Of a DNA stretch of 64,000 nt, positions 16,050 through 27,039 are shown piece after piece. The position numbers were made by a program, and so were the translations under genes. The notes below the pieces were generated by a model that worked only from the letters and a program-made list of their open reading frames with translations, had not been told where the DNA came from and made no database searches. How positions within the stretch are numbered: position 1 is the first letter of the stretch; each line of letters starts with the position of its first letter. The DNA is from the human T2T-CHM13v2.0 reference genome, Homo sapiens: NCBI RefSeq assembly GCF_009914755.1, contig NC_060933.1. One strand, 5' to 3'.

Positions 16050-17010
16050 ATCCTTGTGATGCCTGTGAAACCTGTATGGACAACCTTGCTTTCTCTTTCT
16101 TTTCTCTTGATCCATCTGGCTAGGGGTTAATCAATTTTGTTCATTTTCTTCAAAAGGCCAACTTTGGCTTTGTTACCTTTCTCTAGTGTTTGTTTTTTAT
16201 TTCATTGTTTTTATTTCTTTCTTTTTACTTTCTTAGGGTTTACTTTGCTTTTTTTCTTCTAGCTTTTAAATTTAGAACATTGTTATTAACTGTAGACCTT
16301 TTTTCCTTAATTCAAGCATTTAAAGCAATAAATTTCCCTCTAAGCACAACTTTAGCTGCGTTTCCAACATTTTGGTGTTACATTTTTAATATAATTCATC
16401 TCAAAATATTTTCTAATGTCCCTTAAATTTATTCTTTGACTCATAGACTTTCTATTTGTATTGCTTAATTTTCAAATATCTTGATTTTTAAATTTATTGG
16501 TGTTATTGATTTATAATTTCATCTTAGTTGGATATAATATTATGTATGATTACAATCCTTTTAATTTATTAACATTTATTTTATGGCCCTCTCTATGGTT
16601 TATGTTGGTGAGTTGACCATATGATTTGAAAGAATGTGCATTTTATAAGTGGTTGTTTATGGTATTCCGTAAGTATCAATTAGGTAAAGAAAGTATTATT
16701 CAAATATTTTATATATTGATTAATCATTCTATCTACTTGTTCTACCAGCTTTTGGGAAAAAATGTTAAAATATCTAGATATAATTGTGTAATTTCCCATT
16801 TCTCCCTTTAATTCTTTTAGTTTTTGATGCATGTGTTTTGAAACTCTTTCATAAGATGCAACCACATTTATTATTGTATCTTCAGGATGAGTCGATCATA
16901 TTATTATTATGAAACATCTTCCTTTATCTCTGGTAGTACTCTTTGTCTTGAAGTCTATATTGTCTAATTTTAACATAGACACTCCAGCTTTCTTATACTT
17001 AGTATTTTTG
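16050..17010 (-). mobile_element. Old L1M fragment (start of ORF2, endonuclease region)
   Basis: aaatttccctctaagcacaactttagctgc ... actccagctttctta, antisense L1 endonuclease-region motifs. Confidence 0.6.
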
Positions 17011-17279
17011 TGTTATTTCTTACCACTGTGTGAAAAATCACTCTGAAAAACTAATGCTGAACATATGCAGAAACTGGGACCCCAGAATTCTACTTCTATA
17101 TTCAACCAAAATATGTATGTATACTCTCCAAAGTCATGTACTAGAATGTTTATGTCACTACTATTTGTAAAATACCAGACTGGGAATTATCTAAATACCT
17201 ATGAATAATATTAATATAATAGATGAATTGTGGTATATTTATCAGTGGAGAATTAGCAGCAAAAGAATGAAAAAAAAAC

Positions 17280-17880
17280 ATAGCTCTGTGCTTCCTGCCC
17301 TCCTCCCTGTCCTGAGAATTGGGAGTGTCTATTATAGTTATTCCATGTCTATATCACCATTATGTTAGGCACGTGTGTGTTGGGGGGTGGATAAACTTGT
17401 CGCTTACATTCTCAGGTCTTCAGATTGAGAGGAACCGTACACAGGGAACTGCATCTGAGAAAACTCATTTTTACCTGGACCTCATTTAGATGATAAGATC
17501 GTGGACATTAACATGATGTGGCAAAGGGATGAGATTCTCAGGCTCTTGGGAGGGGCCGAGTCTATTTTGAATGTGGGAGGAAAGTAAATAATTTGTGGCA
17601 AGTGTGCAGGCTGTGGCAAATTAAAGACGACCAACAATTTTTTGCCACTCTTCCTATTGAGAGACAGAGCTTAATTTTCTTCCCTTAGTGACTTGTTTGA
17701 CCAATAGAAGGCAGTGAAAGTGAGATTCTGGGATTTTCATAGGCTAGTTTGGGAAGCTTATGAAGTAAAGCAGCTTCCGCCTTGGTCTCTTAGAACGTTT
17801 GCTCGCACGGTGCTTGCTTTCAGAACCTGCTGCCTTGCTGTGAGCTGTCCAAGTGATGACCACCTACAGGTGTTCAGACC
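17280..17880 (+). mobile_element. MLT1 internal 3' end plus MLT1 LTR 5' part
   Basis: MaLR-internal-like sequence, then tgtggcaaattaaagacg...gacttgtttgaccaatagaa. Confidence 0.55.
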
Positions 17881-18969
17881 TAACAAACAAACGGAGAATG
17901 CAGGATTTATTTCAAAAAATGCTACGGATACAACTAGGCTATTTGTTAAAAAAATTAAAAGTAAAAGCAGATCCTCTTCTTTCACTTTACCACAATATAA
18001 ATGGCAGGTAAATTAGAGATTTAAATGTAGTACTTAGAATTTAGAAGAAATAACTACATGAAATTTTCCTCATTTACGCATGGAAAGTACTTTTGTGTGT
18101 AAGAATAATGGAAGAATAACGCAAAGCAAAATATCTGTCAATTTTGAAAACAAAAATTATTTTAAACCTATTTTTTAATGGACAAATAATAATTGTATGT
18201 ATTCGGGGGGTACATAGTGATGTTTTGATACATATATAGTGATCAGATCACGGTAATTAGGATATCCATCATCTCGAACATTTATCATTTCTTTCTGTTG
18301 GGAATGCTCAGTATCCTCCTTCTAGCTACTTGAAACTATGTAATGTATTATTGTTAACTATAGTCATCCTACAGTGGTATAGAACACTAGAACTTATCCT
18401 GCTATTAGCTGTAATCAAAAATAATTTTTTTAAAAAGAATATTAATAAAGAATAAGCAGTGAGCCACATAAAAAAAATAATAATTTAAAAAATACATAAT
18501 GGAATGACTAGTAAAGAAAAAAAGTACCCATAATAAAATACTTTACTTTGTTTTATTGTCTTTGATAACCATTTAAAAAGGCATGAACACCCCAGCGAAA
18601 AGGGCAAATATATTAACAGGACATTCTGAGGTTAAAAATCAGATGAAACAACCATTCAGTCTTACTAGTAACAAAGGAAATGCAAGTTTTAAAAACAATT
18701 TGATTGTTTTATTTTATTTGTTATATACTGTTTATTTTATTTGTATAAACTTAGAGGATACAAGTGCAGTTTTGTTACCTGTAAATATTGCATGGTGGTG
18801 AACTCTGGGCTTTTAGTGTAACTATCACCAGAATATGGTACATTGTACTCATTAAGCAATTTCTCATCCCTCAGCCCCCTCCCACCTTCCCATCCTCCTG
18901 AGTCTCCAATGTCTATTATTCCACTTCTATGCCCAACTTGATTTCATTTTTTATGGCTGAGTAGTAGTT

Positions 18970-18971
<2 letters not shown>

Positions 18972-19011
<40 letters not shown>
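18972..19011. repeat. (TG)n microsatellite
   Basis: About 20 TG units. Confidence 0.98.
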
Positions 19012-19013
<2 letters not shown>

Positions 19014-19448
19014 ATACACACTACATTTTCTTTATCCAGTCATTCGTTGATGAACACTTAGTTTGATTCCATATCTTTGCTATTGTGGATAGTGCTACAA
19101 TAAACATACAGGTGCAGGTATCTTTTTGATATAGCAATTTCTTTTCCTTTGAGTATATACCTAGTAGTGAAATTGCTGGATCAAATGATAGTTCTATTCT
19201 CAGTTCTTTGAGAAATCATACTGTTTTCCATAGAGGCTGTATTAATTTACATTCCTACCAACATTGCGTTAAGTATTCAATTTTCTCTGTATCCCCACCA
19301 ACATCTATTATTTTTTGACTTTTACAATAGCCATTCTGACCGGTGCAAGATGATATCTCATTGTGGTTTTAATTTTCATTTCTCTGATGGTTAGTGATGT
19401 TGAGCATTTTCCTCATATGCTTATTAACCATTTGTATGTTTTGTTTTG

Positions 19449-19885
19449 CTCAAAGCAGAAGTGTACAAATTTATTTAATACAAGTTTTACATGATACAGA
19501 GCCTTAAGGAAATGAAGATCCAAGGATGCAGTTAGAGTTTGAACACTTACATACTGAATTAAATGAGGAATAGTAAATTGTGAAAATGTGACAAGGCAAA
19601 GGGGTTTGGGCTGGGGTAGTTAATTGGGTGGAATTGACTAGAAAGATAAGGATTAGTCTAACAAGGTTTCTTTATATACATTTCCCTTAATCTCAAGTTC
19701 TGTCCTTGATAATAAAAATGATAGTTTCCTCTAGTACAGGGAGGAAATTTTCCACAAGGAAATGTCATCTCTTGTTTTTAAGAAACAGAAAACAGGCCAG
19801 AGCAATCTTCTTGCACCTGCTGTTTTTCAAGTGCCTTCAACTCAAAATAGTCATTATGCCAAAGTGACTCATTAGGAGATGGTTA
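19449..19885 (-). mobile_element. ERV1 LTR fragment (U3-R only, MER34/LOR1-like) flanked by a 14-bp duplication
   Basis: LTR-like sequence without TG/CA termini; AATAAA at 19475-19470; flanks tatgtttt(g/c)ttttg at 19435-19448 and 19886-19899. Confidence 0.65.
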
Positions 19886-19934
19886 TATGTTTTCTTTTGA
19901 AAAATGTCTGTTCATATCTTTTCTCCAATTTTTT

Positions 19935-20155
19935 AAAATTTTTATATATATATATTTTTATTATACTTTAAGTTCTAGGGTATGTGTGCACAACGTGCAG
20001 GTTTGTTACATATGTATGCATGTCCCATGTTGGTGTGCTGCACCCATTAACCGGTCATTTACATTAGGTATATCTCCTAATGCTATCCCTCCCCCCTCCC
20101 CTCTACCCCCACCCCACAACAGGCCCCGGTGTGTGATGTTCCCCTTCCTGTGTGT
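19935..20155 (-). mobile_element. Short L1PA 3' end followed by (TTG)n at about 20157-20189
   Basis: ttatactttaagttctagggtatgtgtgcacaacgtgcagg ... gttccccttcctgtgt. Confidence 0.9.
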
Positions 20156-20156
20156 T

Positions 20157-20188
<32 letters not shown>

Positions 20189-20409
20189 GAGCTGTTTGAC
20201 TTCCTTGTAGATTCTGAACATTAGTCTTCTGTCAGATGCATAGTTGGCAAATATTTTCTCCCATTCTTCAGGTGGTTTGTTTACTCTGTTGATTATTTCT
20301 TTTGCTGTGCAGAAGCTTTTTGGTTTAATTTAGTTCCATTTGTCTATTTCTGTCTTTGTTGCCTGTGCTTTTGAGGTGTTAGTCATGAATTATTTGCTTA
20401 GATCAATGT

Positions 20410-20797
20410 TGATATGATTTGGATGTTTGCCCTCTCCAAACCTCATGTTGAAGTGAGATCCCCAATGTTGGATGTGGGGCCTAGTGAGAGATGTTTGGGT
20501 CATGAGGGCGGATCCCTCATGAATGGCTTGGTGCTCTCCCCGCAGTAATGAGTCCATGTGAAAGCTGGTTGTTTAAGACAGCATGGCATCCCTCTTGTTA
20601 CCTCTCTTGCCATATGATATGCTGGCTCCCCTTCACCTTCCACCATGATTGGAAGCTTCTTGAGGCCTCACCAGAAGCAGATGCTGGCACTATCCTTTGT
20701 GTACAGCCTGCAGAACCATGGGCCAAATAAACCTCTTTTCCTTATAAATTACCCACCCTCAGATTTTCCTTTGTAGCAATGCAAATGGACTCACACA
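20410..20797 (+). mobile_element. MST (MaLR) solo LTR
   Basis: TGATATGATTTGG...GGACTCACACA; 5-bp TSD AATGT at 20405-20409 and 20798-20802. Confidence 0.9.
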
Positions 20798-23353
20798 AAT
20801 GTCTAGGGGAGTTTTTCCTCAGTTTTCTTCTAGGATTTGTATAGTTTCAGGTCTTACAGTTAAGTCTTTAATCCATCTTGAGTTAATTTTTGTATACGGT
20901 GAGAAATATGGGTCCAGTTTCATTCTTCCGCATATAGCAATCCAATTTTCCTAGAACTGTTTGTTGAATAGGGTGTCTTTTCCCCAGTGTATGTTTTTGT
21001 TAACTTTGTCAAATATCAGTTGGCTGTAAGTATGTGGCTTTATTTCCAGGTTCTCTATTCTTTCCATTGATCTATGTGTCTGTTTTTATACTAGTACCAT
21101 GTTGTTTTGGTTACTATAACTTTTTAGTATAATTTGAAGTCAGGTGATGTAATGCCTTCAGCTTTGTTCTTTTTGCTTAGGATTTCTTTGGCTATTTGTG
21201 ATCTTTTTTGGTTCCATATGAATTTTAGGATTTTTTTCTAATTCTATGAAAAATGGTGTTGGTATTTTGATAGGAATTGCATTGAATCTATAGATTGCTT
21301 TGGGCAGCATGGTAATTTTAACAATATTGATTCTTCCAATCCATGATCATGGGATGTTTTTCCATTTATTCGTGTCATCTAAAATTTCTTTCTTCAGTGT
21401 TTTGTAGTTTTTCTTGTAGACATTTTTTACCTCCTTGGTTACATATAATCCTAGGTATCATCAGAGACTACTATAAACAACTATGAATTCACAAATGAGA
21501 AAACCTTGAGGAAATGGATAAATTCTTGAAATATAAAATCTCCGAAGATTGTGCCAGGAACAAGTAGAAATGCTAAATAAACCAATACTGAGTAGTGAGA
21601 TTGAATCATACAATCTCCCAACAACAACAACAAAAAGCCCAGGATCAGTTTAATTCACAGCTGAATTTCACCAAACATACAAAGAACTGGTACCAGTCTT
21701 CCTGAAACTCTTCCAAAAAATCAATGAGGAAAGAATCCTCCCTAATTCATTCTACAAAGCAGGTATCACCTGGATATCAAAGCTAGATAAGGACACACAA
21801 AAAAGAAAACTACAGACCAATATTTGTGGTGACAATAGATGCAAAAATTCTCCATAAAATACTAGCAAACTGAATCCAACAGCACATCAAAAAGATAATA
21901 CACCATGATCAAGTGGGTTTTTTTTTTGAGGAATACAAGGATAGTGAAATATATACAAATCAATAAATGTGATTCACCACATAAACAGAATTTAAAATAA
22001 AAACCTTATAATCATCTCAATAGATATAGAAAAAGCAACTGATAAAATTCCATATCCCTTCATGATAAAAATGCTCAACAAACTAGGCCTAGAAGGAATA
22101 TACCTAAATATAATAAAAGCCATATGTGACAAACCCATAGCCAGCATAATACTGAATGGGGGAAAGCTGAACGCATTCCCCCTAAGAACTAGAGAAAGAT
22201 GAAGATGACCACTTTCATCACTCCTATTCAACATGATACTGGAAGTCTTAACTGGAAGTCCTTAACCAGAACAATCAGGGAAAAAAAAAAAAGACATCCA
22301 AATTGGAAAAAGGAAGTCAAAGTATCTTTGTTTGCTGATGATATGATCTAATACCTAGAATACCTTAAAGATTCCTCCAGAAGACTCCTAGATTTGATAA
22401 ATGAATTGAGTAAAGTTTCATGATGCAAAATTAATGTACAAAAATCAGTAGCATTTCTACACACTAATAACAATCAAGCTGAGAACCAAATCAAGACCTC
22501 AATCCCATTTACAATAGCTACAAAAAGTTGGATTATTTTAGACCTATGAAATTGCTTATGATTGAAACCAACAATGATACTAGAACAAAGCATAGTGGAT
22601 AATAGCATGTACTCCAGAGTCATTACAGACCTAGGTGGGGATTCCACTCTCTCCACTTAATAGAATTAATTAAAATACAGTAGATATAAGTAGCTTTTTT
22701 TGAGCAGCTGCTTTGTATGAGGCACTATGGCTGGTGTGCTTTATTTAGGTTGCCTCATTAATTGAGTTTTGGAGTTTTTGAGGGTATTGTTTCCATTAGG
22801 ATTATTCTCTTTAAGGAAATCGCCAGCAGAAATAGTTGTGTTTTAGTTTATACTCCTGATTTCTTCTTCAATGCAGTTTTACCTAGGACATGGGACAAGT
22901 GCTGACTTGCCTAATGCATATAGGCAGGAGTTCCCAGGTGACCTGCTAGTCAGGCTGAAGTACACTGCATTGCCAGCAAGAGGCTTCAGAATCACATTCC
23001 CGAGACCCACATTTGAGATCTTAACCCCTGGGAAAGAGACGTCCTCAGCTCCCCTAGGATCCAGCCAGAGTTGGCTGGAGAACAGGCTGCACAATGACAC
23101 CGAGGTCGACCTTAACGAGCACATTGGGAGATGGTGTTCTAGGAGCCTTTATAACCTTAAGAGATATTCCTGTCTTCTTATGCCCGGGGAAGCTGAAATC
23201 GAGCCATACACTTCAGGTATTTCTAATAAACTCTGCACTCAATAGACCCCGACTTTATTGCCTCTGAGTCAGAAAGGTCTCAGAGTTTTTTATTATGAAT
23301 TATCCATCCAAGGAAGAGAATTGGAGAATTTGAAGATGCCTAAAACTGATCCA

Positions 23354-23373
23354 TACACACACACACACATACA

Positions 23374-23404
<31 letters not shown>

Positions 23405-23449
23405 ACACTCTCTCTCTCTCTGTCACACACACACACACACACATATACA
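23354..23449. repeat. Compound (CA)n/(CT)n microsatellite
   Basis: Alternating blocks CA-CT-CA-CT-CA. Confidence 0.95.
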
Positions 23450-24098
23450 CCTTCCTTCCCAGTTCGATGACCAGGTGACCAGGCAAAAGTTTCCTGGGAA
23501 AGTGCTGAGTCTCTGCCTAAGGTCAGAAGCTTCTCTATGAACCAAAGAACAAATGGAGGACTAAAATAGTTACAAAAGCTTCTAAGGCCAAACTTCTACA
23601 AGATCAATATGAAATGGTTTCTCCTACCAGCTCACTAGGGCAGCAAAAAAACAGACTGGTTATTTTCAAACCAAAAAGTCAGGGCGATACCTTTCACCTT
23701 CCCTCCCTCTGGTTAAAAGTAAATATTAGATAAATGTAGTACAAATGTAGGGGTGAAGGCACAGGTGAACTAAAATATCAGTTCCCAGAGCAGATAGAGA
23801 TGCATAGCAGCAAAAAAGGGAAGAGGACAGGGATAAAGGAGAGGAAGTGATGGAAGGGAGAGAGTGGCTCCCTGTCCTATTTGTATGCGTGTGTGTGGGA
23901 GGGAACATCCTAACAGTGGATGGGGGAGTACGACACCAGACACCTACTGCCCTCAACTCACATATCCTTTGCCGCTAGTTAGGAAAGAGTACAGGACTGG
24001 TTTGAATGGGTGAGGTCAAATTCTCGGCACTGAAAGGCAAGTGGGGAGGAAGCTATCTTGTCTTAAAAGTCAATTTCAGCCCCCACAAAGAGGGCTTG

Positions 24099-24125
24099 AG
24101 TGTGTGTGTGTGTGTGTGTGTGTGT
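24099..24125. repeat. (TG)n microsatellite upstream of OR1N2
   Basis: About 13 TG units. Confidence 0.95.
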
Positions 24126-24498
24126 TGGAGGAGGGGTAGGAGTTTGATGGAGATCCTGCATCTTCTTTCCAATTGACAATAACAAATGGCTTTTCTAATA
24201 TTGCCATCAAGCTATTCTCAATTCTCACTTCCTCTAAATAGCCCATGCCAATTTCTCTGGTCAAACAAATCTCTTTTCTTTGGATTCTGCTATAGCATAC
24301 AAAGCACAATTGAGATTTGAATGGATATTATCTTAACTGTTCTCTAAATGTCTCTTGGGTATTTCCTTGCATTCCCAATGAGATTCAGAGATTCTTATTG
24401 GCAAAGACCATTTATTTTTCTTTTCTTTTTTCTCCCAGCACAATTCTGGCCACACAGATGCATATCTGTAAATTGATCTAATAAATAAATACTGACAC

Positions 24499-25491
24499 AT
24501 GGAAGGTTTTTATCTGCGCAGATCACACGAACTACAAGGGATGGGAAAACCAGGCAGAGTGAACCAAACCACTGTTTCAGACTTCCTCCTTCTAGGACTC
24601 TCTGAGCGGCCAGAGGAGCAGCCTCTTCTGTTTGGCATCTTCCTTGGCATGTACCTGGTCACCATGGTGGGGAACCTGCTCATTATCCTGGCCATCAGCT
24701 CTGACCCACACCTCCATACTCCCATGTACTTCTTTCTGGCCAACCTGTCATTAACTGATGCCTGTTTCACTTCTGCCTCCATCCCCAAAATGCTGGCCAA
24801 CATTCATACCCAGAGTCAGATCATCTCCTATTCTGGGTGTCTTGCACAGCTATATTTCCTCCTTATGTTTGGTGGCCTTGACAACTGCCTGCTGGCTGTG
24901 ATGGCATATGACCGCTATGTGGCCATCTGCCAACCACTCCATTACAGCACATCTATGAGTCCCCAGCTCTGTGCACTAATGCTGGGTGTGTGCTGGGTGC
25001 TAACCAACTGTCCTGCCCTGATGCACACACTGTTGCTGACCCGCGTGGCTTTCTGTGCCCAGAAAGCCATCCCTCATTTCTACTGTGATCCCAGTGCTCT
25101 CCTGAAGCTTGCCTGCTCAGATACCCATGTAAACGAGCTGATGATCATCACCATGGGCTTGCTGTTCCTCACTGTTCCCCTCCTGCTGATCGTCTTCTCC
25201 TATGTCCGCATTTTCTGGGCTGTGTTTGGCATCTCATCTCCTGGAGGGAGATGGAAGGCCTTCTCTACCTGTGGTTCTCATCTCACGGTGGTTCTGCTCT
25301 TCTATGGGTCTCTTATGGGTGTGTATTTACTTCCTCCATCAACTTACTCTACAGAGAGGGAAAGTAGGGCTGCTGTTCTCTATATGGTGATTATTCCCAT
25401 GCTAAACCCATTCATTTATAGCTTGAGGAACAGAGACATGAAGGAGGCTTTGGGTAAACTTTTTGTCAGTGGAAAAACATTCTTTTTATGA
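24499..25491 (+). CDS. OR1N2: Olfactory receptor 1N2 (330 aa from the first ATG; probably 316 aa from ATG 24541)
   Basis: Intact ORF with NQT glycosylation site, GN, LHTPMYFFL, MAYDRYVAIC, HFYCD, KAFSTCGSHL and PMLNPFIYSLRN motifs; termini MGKPGRVNQTT...VSGKTFFL recognised as OR1N2. Confidence 0.93.
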   Translation: MEGFYLRRSHELQGMGKPGRVNQTTVSDFLLLGLSERPEEQPLLFGIFLGMYLVTMVGNLLIILAISSDPHLHTPMYFFLANLSLTDACFTSASIPKMLANIHTQSQIISYSGCLAQLYFLLMFGGLDNCLLAVMAYDRYVAICQPLHYSTSMSPQLCALMLGVCWVLTNCPALMHTLLLTRVAFCAQKAIPHFYCDPSALLKLACSDTHVNELMIITMGLLFLTVPLLLIVFSYVRIFWAVFGISSPGGRWKAFSTCGSHLTVVLLFYGSLMGVYLLPPSTYSTERESRAAVLYMVIIPMLNPFIYSLRNRDMKEALGKLFVSGKTFFL

Positions 25492-27039
25492 TTAGACATC
25501 TAGACGGTGATGTCTAATCTTGATCAACCCCTCCCTGTCTTCCATCACTTCAGTAATTCTACTACTGTCATGTTGATATTAGGGGAAGGTTATCCGTTGA
25601 CTCTGAGTTAGGGATGTAAAAAAAAAAAAAAAGAGTGTTTCATTCTTTTATTAGGCTGTGGAATGAGATGTTCTGTCTCAGCCTCTTTCCTGACCCCAGT
25701 GAGGCAACCATTACTAACAGCAAAACTACTATTCCTCCTCACATCTCTAAAACCAGCATATTAGCCATAGTGAACAAGGCATTTGTTATGAGGCTCTGGA
25801 GCCGAGCAATTCTACCCCAGCAAGGCAGGCATGGGATGAGGTGAAGGAAGGAGAATAGAAACATTTATTGACTATCCACAATGTTCCTCATTATTCCTTA
25901 CATCAGTTACTTTAGGTAGAATTGTGAAAACTGTGAATTAGGATGCTAAATAACTTAACAAGTCAATTTATGCCTATCGACTCCCTTTCTATTTTACCAC
26001 TTTGTGAGGATCATGACAAGGAAGGTGTGAGTGCACATCTAAGGTTAATATTGAATGATAACAATAGGAGAAAAAGAATTAATATATGTTATGGTATTCC
26101 TTACTATTTCATTTCTTTAACTTAAAAGCACTCTTCTGTTGTAAATAGATTAAAAGTAATCAATATTTGTTGTACACCTACTAGTGCCAGATTTGTACTA
26201 ACTACACCATCCGTTCTCTGAATTCTTTCATAAAATATTCTAGAATCAAAAATGATAAATCAAGCATGCTGGAAATTTTTAGGGCAATAATTTGATGCAA
26301 AGCAATCTGGTGGAAACTGATATTATGAGAAGTCACAAAGCTTAACAATGGTTTTCTTTTTGCAATGAAATTCTAGGTTATCAATTTCTTCTTTATAGCT
26401 ACATGTTTTGAAACATGTAGATATTTTTCAAAAAAGGAAATGAAATTTGAGGGTTGGCACAAAAAAATGTTTCAGTGATAACTCACAGAGAAAAAGAAGC
26501 ACTGAAACAGATCTCTGAGATCAAGTTCATCCTGGGCCAAATTTTTTAATAAAGGAAGGTATGCCCTTTTGGTGTTGTACAATAAATATTGCTTAAGGAT
26601 CTTCCTTTAAGGAAGATCAGGCACTAGCATGCATTGCTCTTTGGTCATTCTACCTCTCTCCTTCTGTCCCTTCTCTTTGGATAGAAGAGAGGAATAATGA
26701 GACAACTAGGGAAACCAGACAAGACCATCTTAGCCTTGAATTAGGTGACTTGGCCCTGACCACAGCAATCTGCTGCTGCAATTTCTAGTGCCAAGGCAAA
26801 GGTTGGGAAAGGCAAGTTTTGTGTTTGTGAATAATATCTCTCCTCTTTGGGAACTAATTTCTGACCTCTAAGATCCCCACCTTTGCCCTCCAGTCACCCA
26901 GCTACACCATGCCATTTACAGTCTATTTATATATAAAGATATGTACCTCAAGGAATTGGCTCATGCAGTTGTAGAGGGTAGCAAGTTTGAAATATGTAGG
27001 GCAGGCTGGAAACTCAGGCAGGCATGAACATTGCAATCT

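Larger units (their letters stand above)
18711..22527 (-). mobile_element. Twin-primed L1 (L1PB/L1MA age), inversion junction at 21458/21459
   Basis: Minus segment ends at the YLG codons (atacctagg); the plus segment 21459-22527 ends at the adjacent FTIATK codons; degenerate TSD at about 18697-18711 and 22527-22541. Confidence 0.85.

Noticed and set aside
22871-23245. 124-aa ATG ORF in unique DNA upstream of OR1N2
   Set aside because: No recognisable motif; length compatible with chance; more likely regulatory or UTR sequence.
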